DNA from: Batkoa obscura
Lineage: Eukaryota
Direction: 5' to 3'
Assembly (NCBI GenBank): GCA_030770535.1
Contig: JASVEC010000011.1
Location: forward strand, 372,001-436,000
DNA: 64,000 bases
The notes under the pieces are model-generated. The model was not told the origin of the DNA and ran no database searches. It was given only the letters and a program-made list of their open reading frames with translations. Below, in pieces: positions 12,845 through 26,027 of the stretch. Each line of letters opens with the position of its first letter. Positions within the stretch are counted from its first letter, which is position 1. A program made the position numbers and the translations under genes.

Positions 12845-14305
12845 TTAATAATTAATATCAACCCCAGGTTTCAAATGTTGTTTATGTTGTTCGTCTTCTT
12901 TTGAATAAAAGAAAGTAGGTTCCCAAGGAGTATCTCCTCTTTTTTTAGATTTATCTCTTTGAGTATCTTCAATGTGTACTTTAGCTTTAGTAGCTTTTGA
13001 AAATTCTTTAATTAAAATATTGTCCGTAACTTCCTTCCATACTTTTCTAGATTCCAATTCATTCATTTCTTCCATGGGTTTAACTATTTTCTGTAATGGT
13101 TTGAGCCCATTTAAATCAATTAAAATTTCTTTCTCTTTGGCTAAGGTTTCGAGGTAGATCTTATCTCTCCAACTTCCACTTATTTTACTGATGAGATCCG
13201 ATTTTGAGATATCACTTAATTTAAAATTACTTGGTGGGAGATCAGCCTCTGTAGTACTAGTAGTAAATGTAGGATTGAATCGAAACAAAGCACCATTTAC
13301 ACCAAATTTATTTTTACCAAAAAATTTCTAAAAATAAATTAAAAATATCAATATTCACGTATTTTCAATAATATAATATCTTTTTACCTCTGGCTTAAAC
13401 TCAATAACTGCTCTTAATTTGGTTGCAGGACAAGAGATAACTACTGAATCAGCTAAACCGACTCCGAGTGAACCTGATAAAAACCCTTGAACATAAGCGG
13501 AACCATGAGTTAAATGATATTCTTCATTATCTCGATTTCTTAATGTAATATAAATACCCCTCGCTAATTCGCCAGGTATAACTTTAACAGCTATTTTGTA
13601 AAAAACAGTTAATACAAAAACAATTTAATAGACACTAAAGCTCACTTACTGGTACCCGTAAATTTAGCTGTAATATGATCATTTCCTTGAGCAACAACCC
13701 CCGTTTCTGGGCATTCATACCAAAGTGCAGAGACTGGCGGGTGATGTGATATTTGTTCATTTAACATATTAATGGTTATATCTTTACCACTGATAGGTGA
13801 AATGGTATTCCATTTACAAGTGAAATATTCGCCTAAGATAGAATTATATGGTTTCACTATTTTATTTTCCTATAATAAGTAAAATTAGCTGATGTTATAA
13901 CCTATGGTATTGTAGATAATAAAACTTACATGATATTTCAAATAACGTGTAAAAGAATATCTTAATACAGCCAACATTCGTTCTTTAGGATCTTCTGGTT
14001 CACTTATACAAGCAAAATAATCGGGGCGATCTAACCAGTTGAAATATTCTAAATTAGGAATGGGATCTAAGACTTGGGAAGGTAATGAGATTCTCCTGTT
14101 AAATAAAGTTACAGGTTATTTCAATAGTTAGTAGTAATCAAACTTACATGCTAATAATATCCGTCACCCCAATCACCTTCTTTAATAACGATAAGATAAA
14201 TTTAAATTTTCCATGTTCACCATTATCTTTATCATCATAAGTAGCTACTTCAGTTTTTATTTGATTAGTTGGAGCGGTCGTTGGAGTTATACTGTTGGAA
14301 GCCAT
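12845..14305 (-). CDS. Oxysterol-binding protein (short ORD-only Osh family), multi-exon
   Basis: Spliced ...IIS|MRISLPSQVLDPIPNLEYF...DPKERMLAVLRY..., KPYNSILGEYF, the ORP signature EQISHHPP, and C-terminal ISGSW...ESRKVWKEVT...ATKAKVHIEDTQR...WEPTFF. Confidence 0.92.
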
Positions 14306-15869
14306 TTGTGTATATTAGTTATAAATTAATCGATATTTGTTCTTTTTTAATAAAATAAGATAATTCTTGGCTATTTATTTTTCCTTTTATTTTAGAATCT
14401 ATTCATTTCGGTTATTCTTAAATTTTGAGTTGCAATTTTATACAAATTTTATAATTTTCCAATAGAATAGACTACATCACTTTTACATCAATATTTTATT
14501 TGTCAATGTTTTCAGGGGAAAAGTTGAAATTTCATCAACTAAGCTTTGATTTCATATTTAGCAATTTATCCTATAGAAATGGTCGATTATTTTATAAATA
14601 AATCGCATTATTGGCTTTGGCCGTCAATTTTCCTATTAAATTATCCTTTTTCGACACAATACTTTTAGAGTATTTTTTTCGACACATTGTTTTTTGGTAG
14701 GTTAACGGAAATTCAATTTTAAGCCACCATTTTTTTTCAAGGCCTTTGATCGTTCAATTTTATCCAAGGTTCCAGCATCCTCATTTTATTTATACAACTC
14801 GATCTAAACTTTTGATTCTATCGATAAAATGACTATATCCCCAGAAGCTATATAATTTTATAAATCATCATTTTAATATTTTGTTTTTTTTAACCCATCA
14901 TTTTATAACAAGGTTTTGAAAATACAAAACCTAATAAGTTAAATTAAATTTCACTAAAATTAGTGCTCCCACTGTTTCAAAAGAAGTAACCAATTAAAAA
15001 ATTGTATGTCTATTTAAAAATTAACTCAGACATTTTTTAAGCGAATTGATATTCTATTATATTACTTTGATCAAATTTCTTGTATTTTTGTGCCAGTTTG
15101 ATTTTTATTGTTGTTTAAAAATTATATATTTTAAACAAATTATTTTGTTCGATTTATCAATTATCAAATTCAACTTGTTATTGTATTTAAATGTATTGAT
15201 CTTATTTTCATTTTTAATAATTGTAAACAAACTTGTTAAACTTAAATTTAACAACTAATCCTTTTTATTAGTAATATTGTATATATTAATTAATATATAA
15301 ATTCAGTCAAAGTTAAAATGTTAACTTTAAATATAATTTAGTCTTAACGCTATTCAAAGAAGGAGGGAAAAGGTTTTATTATCCATTATTTAAGGTTAAT
15401 CCATTTACATTACATCGTTAATTATTTAAGGTCAATTAAATATTATTATATCAGTTGTTTATGATTATTAAATCTGTCAGCTTGGCTATACCTAAAATTA
15501 ACAACATTTTTGATATTTATTTTGATGTTAGATTTATATAATTAGATATACTAACATAATAACCATTATCTGTTTTTCTTTTAGGTTCAAATCTTGACTA
15601 TAATAATAAGTACTTATTCTATATTTGTTATGGGATTATTAATAATAATAAATCATAAATAAAATAACATTCAACAAAACAAAACAAAACAAAACTTATG
15701 ATTTAAATATAATTTACTTTACAAACTATTAAGGTATTATTCAACATTTGTTATTTATTAAAATTAAAAAGCGTTTCAAATTTTAAAGTTAAAGATATCA
15801 TAATCTAGCAATAGATTATTGAAAAAGTCAATTGCTATATTATACAACAATGCATAAATATCATTTAAT

Positions 15870-16100
15870 CTAATGATTAAAGGCAGCTCTAGCATTTTCA
15901 AGAGCATCAAGATAAGTATGTGGAAAATTTTTATCAGAAGCAACCTGTGGCTCACTTAGATTGCTAATTGAATTTCTAGTTGCCATAACAAATTCATCGA
16001 TTCCATTAATATTAGGTTCCATTATTCCACCATTGTAATCCACAACATAAGAGGAAGCGATTGGAATTAAACATGTTAAAAGGTAAAGTTTGTAAAACAT
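15870..16100 (-). CDS. Small putative secreted protein (76 aa)
   Basis: ATG start, signal-peptide-like N-terminus MFYKLYLLTCLIPIASS/Y, locally higher GC, TATA-like element upstream. No recognisable domain. Confidence 0.55.
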   Translation of the reverse strand: MFYKLYLLTCLIPIASSYVVDYNGGIMEPNINGIDEFVMATRNSISNLSEPQVASDKNFPHTYLDALENARAAFNH

Positions 16101-16701
16101 CTTGAAATTTATTATTCTCAGAATAACTTTTTGTTTTTTTTAAGTGTGAATTTGTTATCATCCGCTTTTATATTTTTGATTCCAAACTGGTCTTTGTTTA
16201 TTACTTTTTATAATATTATTAATTAATTAAATGATTCTATTAAATGTATTCGTTAGCTATAGATGGATTTTTTTGTTAATTATAGATATACTTAATAAAT
16301 TCAAATAACAGATTAATTAATAATTTATCTAATTAGTGTATGCAAGTCTTTTTCGATATGAAATATTTTTATTAGTCGCAAGATTTATAGTCAGGTGATA
16401 TCAGAATCCAAATTTTATACATTTTGTTTACCTTTTGGCCTCATACTAAAAGGTGTTGACCCAACTCGTTGCTTTGGTTTTTTCAACAGGATGACTTTTT
16501 ACATCAAAATACTCTTATTTTTATTAGAAGTATCTTCATTTTATAAAAGATAAGGTGCCTTTTTTTAAAATTCTATTCTATTAGATTCAATTGTTTCATT
16601 CTAATGGTAAGATTTAGATACTAACTTTTATATCAGAATTTTTTACTCATAAAAATCAAAAAAATGTGTAACTTTTACTTATAGCATTTCGCTTATTATA
16701 T

Positions 16702-16798
16702 GTGGATGTATTTTTTTTAAAATTTTACTAACAGTTTTTCCGCTTAAATAGCGCTCAAAAAATGGAAAAAGTAATGAAATCAAAAAAAATACTCCCCC
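16702..16798 (+). mobile_element. ~98-bp Sola-related MITE
   Basis: Family consensus sequence. Confidence 0.8.
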
Positions 16799-17142
16799 AT
16801 TATTTAATAATAGGTGCTTTCCTTGTAATAGACTTGAAAAACTTAAAATTATATTGTTTATAGAAGAAATATTGTATAAAAAATTCGACTATATTAATAT
16901 TTACAAAAGCATATGGGGGTGTCCGAATTGGTTTCAGAATTTACTTAATTTAAATTTTAAGTTTTTAAATTTATAAGTTCTTAATGTATGATTAGTTAAA
17001 TTTAAAAAACAAAATTAAATAAAAAAATTTAACTTAAAAAACTTATTTTAATTGTTTTATTTTTTTTAGATAATTGATTTTAACTATATGTTTTATATTG
17101 TTTTTATCAAATGTTTAATACATATATAATATAAAAATATAT

Positions 17143-17239
17143 GGTGATATTTTTTTAGTTTTATTACTTTTTCTATTTTTAAGCACTATTTGAGCAGAAA
17201 AATTATTAGTAAAATTATTAAATATAGAAACATATCCTG
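17143..17239 (-). mobile_element. Degenerate ~98-bp MITE
   Basis: Family consensus in reverse orientation, ATAT flanks. Confidence 0.7.
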
Positions 17240-17308
17240 ATATATAGTAAATATTTTAACAACTTAAAAATAAAGCAGTAGCCAAGTCAATGTTTTTTAA
17301 ATATATAC

Positions 17309-17609
17309 TGTGAAAGTTGGTACTCGGTGGTTAGAGTTAAAAGCAGTTCTAGCTTAATTAACTGGCCGTAAGTCGAAAAGTCTTAGTTAATGTAACTAAG
17401 ATAGACTTAAATTAATAGGAATAATACATAATAAGCTACAGACTATGCAAAATAAGTAGAATAGAAAATACTAATGTACAGTCTACGCAAAACGCTATAA
17501 GATTTAGTGGCTCTATTAAAGGTACGATATCAGGGAATAATTCAATTGAAAAGCACCGAGTTATCATGTTGAAGAATCTATTTTATACTCCAACTGGGTG
17601 GCTATATAT
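17309..17609 (+). mobile_element. 5' part of a solo LTR truncated at the Sola insertion
   Basis: TGTGAAAGTTGG start; homology stops at GCTATATAT, where the Sola TIR begins. Confidence 0.8.
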
Positions 17610-17780
17610 GGGGGTGTCCGAATTGGTTTCAGAATTTAACTAGAAATTAATCCAAATTTTAAGTTTTTAAATTTGTAAGTCTTTAATATATGATCAGCTA
17701 AATTTAAAAAGCTTAAAACTAAATATAAAAATTTAACTTAAAGACTTATTTTATTTATTTTATTTATTTGATTATATGTT

Positions 17781-18140
17781 TGTGAAAGTTAGTACTCAGT
17801 AATTGGAGTTAGAGGCAGTTCTAGCTTAGTTAACTGGCCGTAAGTCAAAAGGCCTTAGTTTATGTAACTAATATAGACTTAAATCAATAGGAGTAATACG
17901 CAATAAGCTATGAGCTATGTAAAATAAATAGAATACAGGATATTACTGTAAAATCTACATAAGGTATTATCAGAAAGATTTAGTGGCTTTATTAAAAGTA
18001 AAATATTAGGGGATAATTCAATTAAAAAGCCTTGAGCTATTATGTTGAAGAATCTATTTTATACTCAACTAGTTTTGTAAACAAGTTAAGTGATTATTAT
18101 GCGATAATCAATCACAGAGATGATGAAACGATATTTCACA
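17781..18140 (+). mobile_element. Internally deleted solo LTR within the Sola left arm
   Basis: TGTGAAAG...TTTCACA; flanks ATGTT/GTGTT. Confidence 0.82.
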
Positions 18141-18363
18141 GTGTTTTGTATTTTTTATTAAATATTCAATAACTATATAATATATAATTATATAATTATT
18201 TGACTTTATTTTTTATTAGAATAAAAACAAAATACAAGCTTTTATAACTAAACTTCGAAATGGAATTTCTAAAAAATTTAATACGGTAGGGAGAAGCACA
18301 TTATATGAACATTGTAATTCATTTACATTAATTTTAACAACTATTCACAATAGCCCAAAGTTT

Positions 18364-20347
18364 ATGGAATTTTATAATAAAACAAAAAAAAGAAAAGAAA
18401 TATTATTAAATTTTACTATTAATAATAACAAACTTAATCAAGCAATGTATAAAATTAGTGCTTTAAGGGAAACAGGAAATAAAAACCAACAAGTAGCATT
18501 ATTATCGACTATAGCTTCAGTATATTCTTTTGATGAATGTAAAAGCTTTGGATTTAATATAAGTAAAAATCAATATGATTATTCAAAAATAATTAATAAT
18601 AATAAAATACCAACGTTACGACCTACTATCAAAAATACAAGAAAAATTAAAGATGAGCAAATCGAGATTATTATACAATATTTACTTGATAATCCAACTA
18701 TTTCATCAAGATTTAGTAAAAAAAATAATGATAAATATTCGTCAGAGAATATATATATATTAAATAAAAGTAGAAGAATGATATACAGTAAATATTTTAA
18801 TGATTTAAAAGATAAAGCAGTAGCCAGGTCAACATTTTTCAAATATATACCAAATAATTTTAAAAATCCAGCAAGAAAAACAGATTTATGTAATATATGT
18901 GCCCAGTATACAGTTAGGAAAAAGTTGTTTGAAAATAAAATAAATACAGCAGCAAAAAATAAAGCAGAGATAGAAGAATCTTTTAATAAGGAAAAAAGGT
19001 TATATAAATTACATGAATTTTGTGTTGATATTCAAAAAAACATACTGTGAAATATTGCTTTATTTAACTCTCGGATTAATCATAATATAATAATCATTGA
19101 ACTTGTTTACAAAACTAGTTGTAGTCTTGTAATCAATTTAACCGTGAACCATGTGGTATAATCAATCCAGAGTTCCTTGTTTTGATTTGTTGTGAGGATT
19201 TCTAATTTCATATTGCAAAGAATGATATCCTCTCATTTTGATATCCGTGCTTTTTGGAGTATAAAAGAGATTCTTCAACATGATAACGTATCGTTAATAA
19301 AGTCACTAAGTCTTTCTGACAACATCTTATATAGATTTTACGGTAGTATCTTCCATTGTATTTGTTTACATAATTCGTAGCTTATTACGTACTATTTCTA
19401 TTAAGTTAAGTCTATCTTAGCTACATAAAGTAAGACCCTTCGACTCAAGGTAAGCTAATTAAGCAAGAGTAGCTTTTAACTTCGACCACTAAGTATCAAC
19501 TTTCACAATACTTAATGAAACCATTGAAAAATTAAATAATAGAAGTTGTATAATAATTTTAGACTTTAAACAAAATATAGAAATAGGAACAAGACCAGAT
19601 CCAATAAATTTAGATCATTATAATAAACAAGCTATATCAGTATTAGGGTTTGGCGTTTTGTATTTAAAAAACGATAAAACAATAGGCAAAGTTTATTTTG
19701 ATTATTTATTTAAAATATTAAATCATGATTCAGCATATGCAGAAGATTGTTTAATTGATTTAATATCTAAAGAGCCTTTATTTAAAAAGTTTACAAAAAT
19801 TAATATATGGGCAGATATAGGATATCATTTTAAATCTCAAGAGTTTTTACATTATGTATTTGAAGAAATTCATAAAATAAATAGTAGTTTAAATATTGAT
19901 CTTAATTTTTTTGCTGAGCATCATGGAAAAAGTATAGTTGACGGACATTTTGGAAATCTTTCACAGTGGAGAAATAGCCTTGAAGCATTAGGTAAAATAG
20001 AAGATATTGATCAATTAATTTCAAAATTTGAGATTTTTGTTTGTGAAAATAATAGATTTAATAACTCAACTGTCAATAATGGGCAAATAAATATAATTTT
20101 TGAAAAGTATGAAAGAAACAAAGATACAAAAAAAATAATAAAAATAAAAGGTATTAAAAAGTATTTACATTTTATTAAACGTGGTAAAAAACTACACTGT
20201 TATCCAGTATCTGATAGATCAAAAAAAAGCGATATGATCTCAATTAAAGCTATAGAGTCTATAGAGGATAGAAAAATTAAAAGGTCAACCCCAGCTTACC
20301 TTACAAAAATAACTGAAAATTTAAAAGTTTCAATATTTAATAAATAA
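18364..20347 (+). pseudogene. Sola2-like transposase disrupted by a solo LTR
   Basis: Removing 19046..19511 fuses ORFs 18364 and 19658 in frame: ...TDLCNIC...LHEFCVDIQKNI|LNETIEKLNNRSCIIILDFKQN...INIWADIGYHFKS...LNFFAEHHGKSIVDGHFG. The DF..N / W.D....FK / FF...HGK...DG..G motifs match Sola2-type DDD transposases as I recall them. Confidence 0.82.
19046..19507 (-). mobile_element. Solo LTR, TSD ATAC, inserted in the transposase
   Basis: TGTGAAATATTGC...TTTCACA with ATAC at 19042-45 and 19508-11. Confidence 0.9.
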
Positions 20348-20931
20348 GTAAGTAGCTTATTAGATGATAGAAATCAATTATTAAATGTTGATATTACTTG
20401 AATTATTAATAGCTAAGTTAATAAATAGTCAAAGAGCAAGTAGTTATAATAATAAGTAAAAGCTATTATTATACTGCTTGTGTTACATAGGGATGGTTAA
20501 TTATAGTTTTGGGGCTAACCACTCCCTCCCATGCAGCTATTTATTAACTTAGCGATATATTAATAATGTAATTATAACATTAAGATAATTTATTCATTTG
20601 ATAGCAAATCTGCAGTGTTGAATATAAAACAGTTAATAATAAATATTTCTTAATAAAGTTATATAAAAGTATATATTTATTTACATATTACAACTTTGAC
20701 TAATATCACTATACAGGCTATATTAGTAAAATCTTTGCTAATCCAGAAATTTATATTAAATTTAATAAAAATTCCGCTAATTAACAATATAAATTATAAC
20801 AAAATAATTTAAAACTGTATCGGGTACTTTGGCTTTTAAAGAATTTATCTTTATAAATTTTAAGCAGTTTTCAAAATATAAATATTTAAAAATTGGATAG
20901 AAAAATGAAACCAATTCGGACACCCCCATAT

Positions 20932-21028
20932 GGGGACGTATTTTTTTGTTTAAGAATTTATTAACAATCTTTCCACACAAATAGTGCTTAAAAAATAGAA
21001 AAAGTGATGAAACCAAAAAAACATCCCT
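20932..21028 (+). mobile_element. ~98-bp MITE abutting the Sola right TIR
   Basis: Shares the ATAT site with the autonomous element. Confidence 0.85.
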
Positions 21029-21103
21029 ATATATTAGTAATATAATTATAGTATTAAATAGTTTGTTTTTTATTTAACAGTAAATCTGCAATGTTGGCTA
21101 TAA

Positions 21104-21201
21104 GGGAATGTATTTTTGTGTTTAAGAATTCTACTAACAATCTTTCCACTCAAATGCGCTTAAAAGATGGAAAAAGTGATGAAGCCAAAAAAGACACTCC
21201 C
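21104..21201 (+). mobile_element. ~98-bp Sola-related MITE
   Basis: Family consensus, TSD ATAA. Confidence 0.85.
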
Positions 21202-22684
21202 ATAAAGCAGTTAATAATAAACATTTTTAATAAAGTTTTATAAGAATATTTATTTATTTATATATTATAACTTTAATTAATATAAATATATAGGTTATTA
21301 GTAAAGCTTTTGCTAATATAGCAATTTTCATTAAATTTGATAAAAATTCTGCTGATTTATAACATATATTATGATAAATAATTTAAAACTGTTAAGTATT
21401 TTATTTTTTAATAAAAAAATTGTTTTTATAAAATTTTAAACAAAGTTTTTAATACAAAATATTTAAAGCAATAATGCGATTATTAGCTAAACAGATGCAA
21501 AAATCAATTATTAAATAAACTCCGCTTCATTTGAATGAAGTAAGGAAAATTTTCAACTTATTGTACTCAAGTTCTTTATTCTAATAATAGGTACTGTTCC
21601 GCAAAGGTTTTATATAGACTTTGATTTGATGTTAATAAATAAATATAACCCTTTATCAACGGAATTTATTCTCATATCAGATAACTCATGGTTATCTCAT
21701 GGTAATTCGCCTTTATTAACACATTTACAATTCTAAAGTCAGCTTTAATGTATTTTTTAAATTGAATATAATGCAATCCACATGTGTTTGGATATAAAAC
21801 TGGACAACTATCAATTGTTGCATGAAAATTCTGGAATTCATACTTAGATGATTATCAACACAAGCATATTCTAAAATGACAATACATTGTAAAACGGGTT
21901 TTATAAATATGCGATCTATTAAAAGATGTAATAAACTATTCAACAAAAGTTGGCAAATCATAGATAACACTCCTTTTTTAAAAGTATTTCCTTATAGTAT
22001 ATATAAATTATTCACATATTATACAGGAATTGAGCATTTAATGTATAATCTAATAACCAAAAAATTATAAAAGATTGAGTGAGGATAAGCTATTTGAGAA
22101 TAGATTTCAATAAAATCTATTTGATTTAATAAAGAGTAGAAATCGTAAATTTAGAAAAAGAGATTACAGAAAATGACAACTTTTTAAATTGAAACCACCC
22201 TTTTTATAATTTATGTAATGATAAAAAATATTTTCACTTTGTTTCTTATCATTAAAACTAAGCCGAGTTTTTCATGCAAGAAACAAAAAATGAAAATAAA
22301 ACTAGTTTAATTTGATAGAACAATTACAATAACAAATCTCAAGGTACAACTAAATTATTTGATTGGTTATGTTGATTTAATTTTTACGGTAAGTAAATAC
22401 TTAATTTGTAAGTTTAATGTTTTTTAAGATCCGATTCCTTTCCTTCGTAATTAAACCAATGACACAATTCATTAAAATACGAGAAAACTTTTTTATCACA
22501 TTTTCATCAAAAAATTATTGAAGCATCAAAGTACATTTATTAAAAATAAATTTAATAGAAAGCGTTAACATATATAAAAAAAGATATATTTTATTTTGAA
22601 AAAAAATAACAATAACACATAAATTTGTTTGCTATCAATAGCCGCCATAATTAACTGAGAAGATAACCAACCACCTATATACAC

Positions 22685-23455
22685 TTAATTTAATAAATCT
22701 TGGATTGTAGGATATGTTCTAGAGCGTTCGCGATAAAAGTCCAACGACATAATCTCACCAAACTGTTTAAAATTTTGAATAGGAAGTTGATGAAAGTTGT
22801 TATTAACAGAAAAGCATGCTTTTTCACTTGTGAATAAAGGTGGTAAGGTAAAGATAGACTTATCACATAACGTCTTTTCAACTGGCGAGTTAAAAGTATT
22901 GATAGTACCCTCAGTACTAGGACAACTATAAGCGCAACTATAACTTGTTTCAATGGAATCATTGTTATAGTGGTCTTTATTGCAAGCCAACTTATTATTT
23001 TTATGATAATAAGGTATTTCATTTAATATTGTACTCAAGGATGGTAAATTTGTATTAGACACAGAGAGTTGAGGCATGAGTTTAAATGGGTATCTGTTTA
23101 ATGTAGTACTAGCCCCTTTATTGTGGCTATTTTTGCTAGTTAATAAGGAATGATTGTGTACCATGGATTTACCAGCTCTGAATTCCCATTTATTATTAGG
23201 GTTCAGATGACTATCGTTAAAGAGCACAACTCTCCAATGACACTCACAACGGTCACTAAATCGGTTACGACGTCTGTTGATAGGTTTATCTTGCTCTGGT
23301 TTTCCTTCTCTAGAGCATACGATATAGATGGTGTTTGCTTTGGAGGTACGGATACGGATGCTAAACCCGATACAATGAGCCAAGAGTTGGCAGTGCTCAA
23401 TGGCTTCTTGTGAGGTATTATATTTACATTTGTAGATGACATTTAATTTATCCAT
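22685..23455 (-). CDS. FAR1/AFT-type (WRKY-GCM1 CCHH) DNA-binding protein, paralog 1
   Basis: EAIEHCQLLAHCIGFSIRIRTS...IVCSREG...RNRFSDRCECHWRV...WEF...HNH is a FAR1-like domain, followed by a low-complexity tail. Intronless. Confidence 0.85.
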   Translation of the reverse strand: MDKLNVIYKCKYNTSQEAIEHCQLLAHCIGFSIRIRTSKANTIYIVCSREGKPEQDKPINRRRNRFSDRCECHWRVVLFNDSHLNPNNKWEFRAGKSMVHNHSLLTSKNSHNKGASTTLNRYPFKLMPQLSVSNTNLPSLSTILNEIPYYHKNNKLACNKDHYNNDSIETSYSCAYSCPSTEGTINTFNSPVEKTLCDKSIFTLPPLFTSEKACFSVNNNFHQLPIQNFKQFGEIMSLDFYRERSRTYPTIQDLLN

Positions 23456-25324
23456 AATGAAAAACTAAGTTAATATAACGGAATAAATAGCTTGAATATG
23501 TAGTTTAAATCTTTTTTGAATTTCGAAATTGAAAATTTTTAAAGAATAATTTAAAAGTAAAGAGAGAGGAAGTTAGTGAATCGAAGATTTTTTTGTTTTA
23601 TGATCTGAGTTATAATTTTTTTAATTCTATCGGAATCCCAAATCTCGTCCTACTTTCTCTATCATACAAATCGATCGATGGGTTTGAGTTATCCTATCAT
23701 CCAATCCAGCTAGGGTACCTTTACCTTATATGGGTAATAGCCCCAAAATTATAAATAATGAAGTTATACTTGAATTTCATTTGATAAAAAATACTTAAAT
23801 GAAATAATTATCACACATAGTTAATCAGCACTTCATCATAGTAAAATGATATAAAAGTGGAAAATAATGACATTATGTTTAATAAATTGCAATATTATAT
23901 AGCTTTGAGCTATTATTTCCAAACAGTGAATAGTAATATAAAATTCTCACTAAAAATAATAGCGTAAAATAAACAAATAAATAAATTTAAATAGTAATTT
24001 TCAAAATTAAAAGTTGGCTCTCTCCTTATTTTCGTCCCCTACTCTGTTTTAAATGAGTTCAACTTATAAACTTATAAACTTATATTACGAATGGCTTTTT
24101 GAGAGTAAACTTGAAATGACGAAAAATAATTAAATGGCTGGATTAATTTCAAGTTTGAAGTTAAAACAAGTTCTTTTAGAACAGCTAATTTTTCATATGA
24201 CAACTTTTTTTACTTAGTAAAAAACCAATAATAATTCCCAAATCTATAAATTAATAATAATTGATTTGTTATACCTTTGAAACGTGGAAAAATATCGTAA
24301 AAGTGGTTATAAGTTGTCAGCAAAACAATAAGACAAATTTTACGAAGTGTTCTAATTGGAGAATAAGTTAGTCACTAACTAGACTTTTGTCAACTTCAAT
24401 TGAAAGTAAAGTTGAAACTGCTATTTTAGTATCTTATCATTAGAATATTACATTACACCATTTTTTAGATTTTAATTTAAATTTTTAGACTCAATTTTGT
24501 TTTCTATTAAATAAGAGTATAGCTTTGATTTTAATAGCAATAAAAACAAAGAGATCAATAGCTTTGATCTTCAGTATATTAGTGTCTGAGTTATTATTTA
24601 ATTAAAGTGTTACTTAAATAATGCAAATTAAAATTTAATAAAATTTAATTATCTTTATATTTTTAATTTGTTACCAATAATCGGAATGAAGTTAACTTTA
24701 TGTTTATTTTAATGATAGGAACCTTTCGTGATGAATCTACATAGTGATAAACAAAAAATAAATTACATGCCCCATATATGTTTCTATTAAAACTATGGAT
24801 TTGAAACCATATGCAATTTATTTTGATTGGTATTTTACTTTTGTCAGTTCCTTTAGTGTTTATTTACTAGAAAGATAGCTGCATACTTACTTTAACATTA
24901 AGTGTTAGGAGTAAAGTCGATAATAGTAATAAATTTAAAGGATAGGTTTTATGATGCATTTGTGATAATCTACACATGAATTTCTTTTCTCGATTTTACT
25001 CACTTTTTAAATATCTTAAATATCTTAAAACTTAAACAAAATTTTAATTAAACTGTCAAGCAAAAAAAGTGTGCGTAAATTTGTCATATTTCTCTTTATT
25101 AAAATTACTCTCAAAAGTAGCAACTTGCTTATTTTAGATGGTAAGGTTGTGACTATAATAAAAAAATTATTGTTTATCTATTGCTTTTATATTTGACTTT
25201 ATAGTCCAATGTTAACTTTTACAATCATTTAGTTCATTTAGTCTACCTATCAGCCCATTATTTAATATATGTTAAGTTGGACTACGTTTTAATCAGTTTT
25301 AACTTTGATAAACTTGCTTTATAT

Positions 25325-25420
25325 GGGGATGTTTTTTTTGGCTTCATTTTTTCTATCTTTTAAGCGCTATTTGTGTGGAAAGATTGTTAGTAAAATTCTT
25401 AAGCAAAAAAATACATCCCC
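25325..25420 (-). mobile_element. ~98-bp Sola-related MITE
   Basis: GGGGATGT...ACATCCCC, ATAT TSD. Confidence 0.88.
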
Positions 25421-26027
25421 ATATCGAATTTAATAAGAATCCAAATACCAAAACCTAATATATGATCTTAGTTAAGCTTACATTGATATTTTTAGAATTA
25501 TTTTTAATTTTGTTTTAATATTGCTGTTTTAGTAATATATTTTTGTATATGAATAGATAAATTCATATTTAAAGTTTATTAATAGTAATATCAAATTTAC
25601 TATTTTAATATTTTTAATAAGGGCTATTTAACGTTTTGAACTTTTTTTATCGGAATTTTTAAAACGTCAAAGTAGTCAAACATTTGAATTAAAACTAATG
25701 TAGTATTTTTTTATACTATAAAAGTATGATATAAAATCATAATCAAAGGAAAGGAATAAAATTTTGGTTATTAAACCAATTTATTAGTTTTCATTTGATA
25801 TTTTATAACAGTTGTCTTTAACTCTAAATTTTACTAATTTAGCCACTAATACCTATTTATTCAAAACAAGTGTACAGTTTGTAACTTATAAAACACTTTA
25901 AAATTTAATACTAGTTAATCATTACAACTTGAACAAGATAAACATACAAAATTATAAAGATAAGCAAATTAAAAAAATTTAATAAATTAAACACTTAATG
26001 AAACAAGATCAAAATAAGGACAGGCTA

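Larger units (their letters stand above)
17610..20927 (+). mobile_element. Full-length Sola2-like DNA transposon
   Basis: 22-bp TIRs GGGGGTGTCCGAATTGGTTTCA / TGAAACCAATTCGGACACCCCC, 4-bp TSD ATAT (17606-09, 20928-31), internal DDD-type transposase. Confidence 0.85.
16916..21460 (+). mobile_element. Outer decayed Sola2-like copy hosting the younger element
   Basis: Perfect left TIR GGGGGTGTCCGAATTGGTTTCAG at 16916 after ATAT. A transposase fragment (KAVAKSMFFKYI) lies at ~17270-17308, and right-subterminal homology at ~21033-21460. Confidence 0.65.

Noticed and set aside
15046..15258. Short AT-rich ORFs (15046, 38769, 54564, 8406, 61607)
   Set aside because: Mostly non-ATG starts or composition-driven F/I/L/K sequences with no homology cues.
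19192..19380. ORFs 19192..19380 and 31955..32140
   Set aside because: They lie within solo LTRs and have no coding features.
20777..21016. ORFs 20777..21016, 37195..37383 and 56364..56555, which share FLVSLFF...KRYLSGKIV
   Set aside because: They are chance translations of the ~98-bp MITE, not a protein family.
21470..22080. Possible decayed gene (ORFs 21725..21970 and 21876..22070)
   Set aside because: No recognisable motif and many stops in all frames, so no call can be supported.
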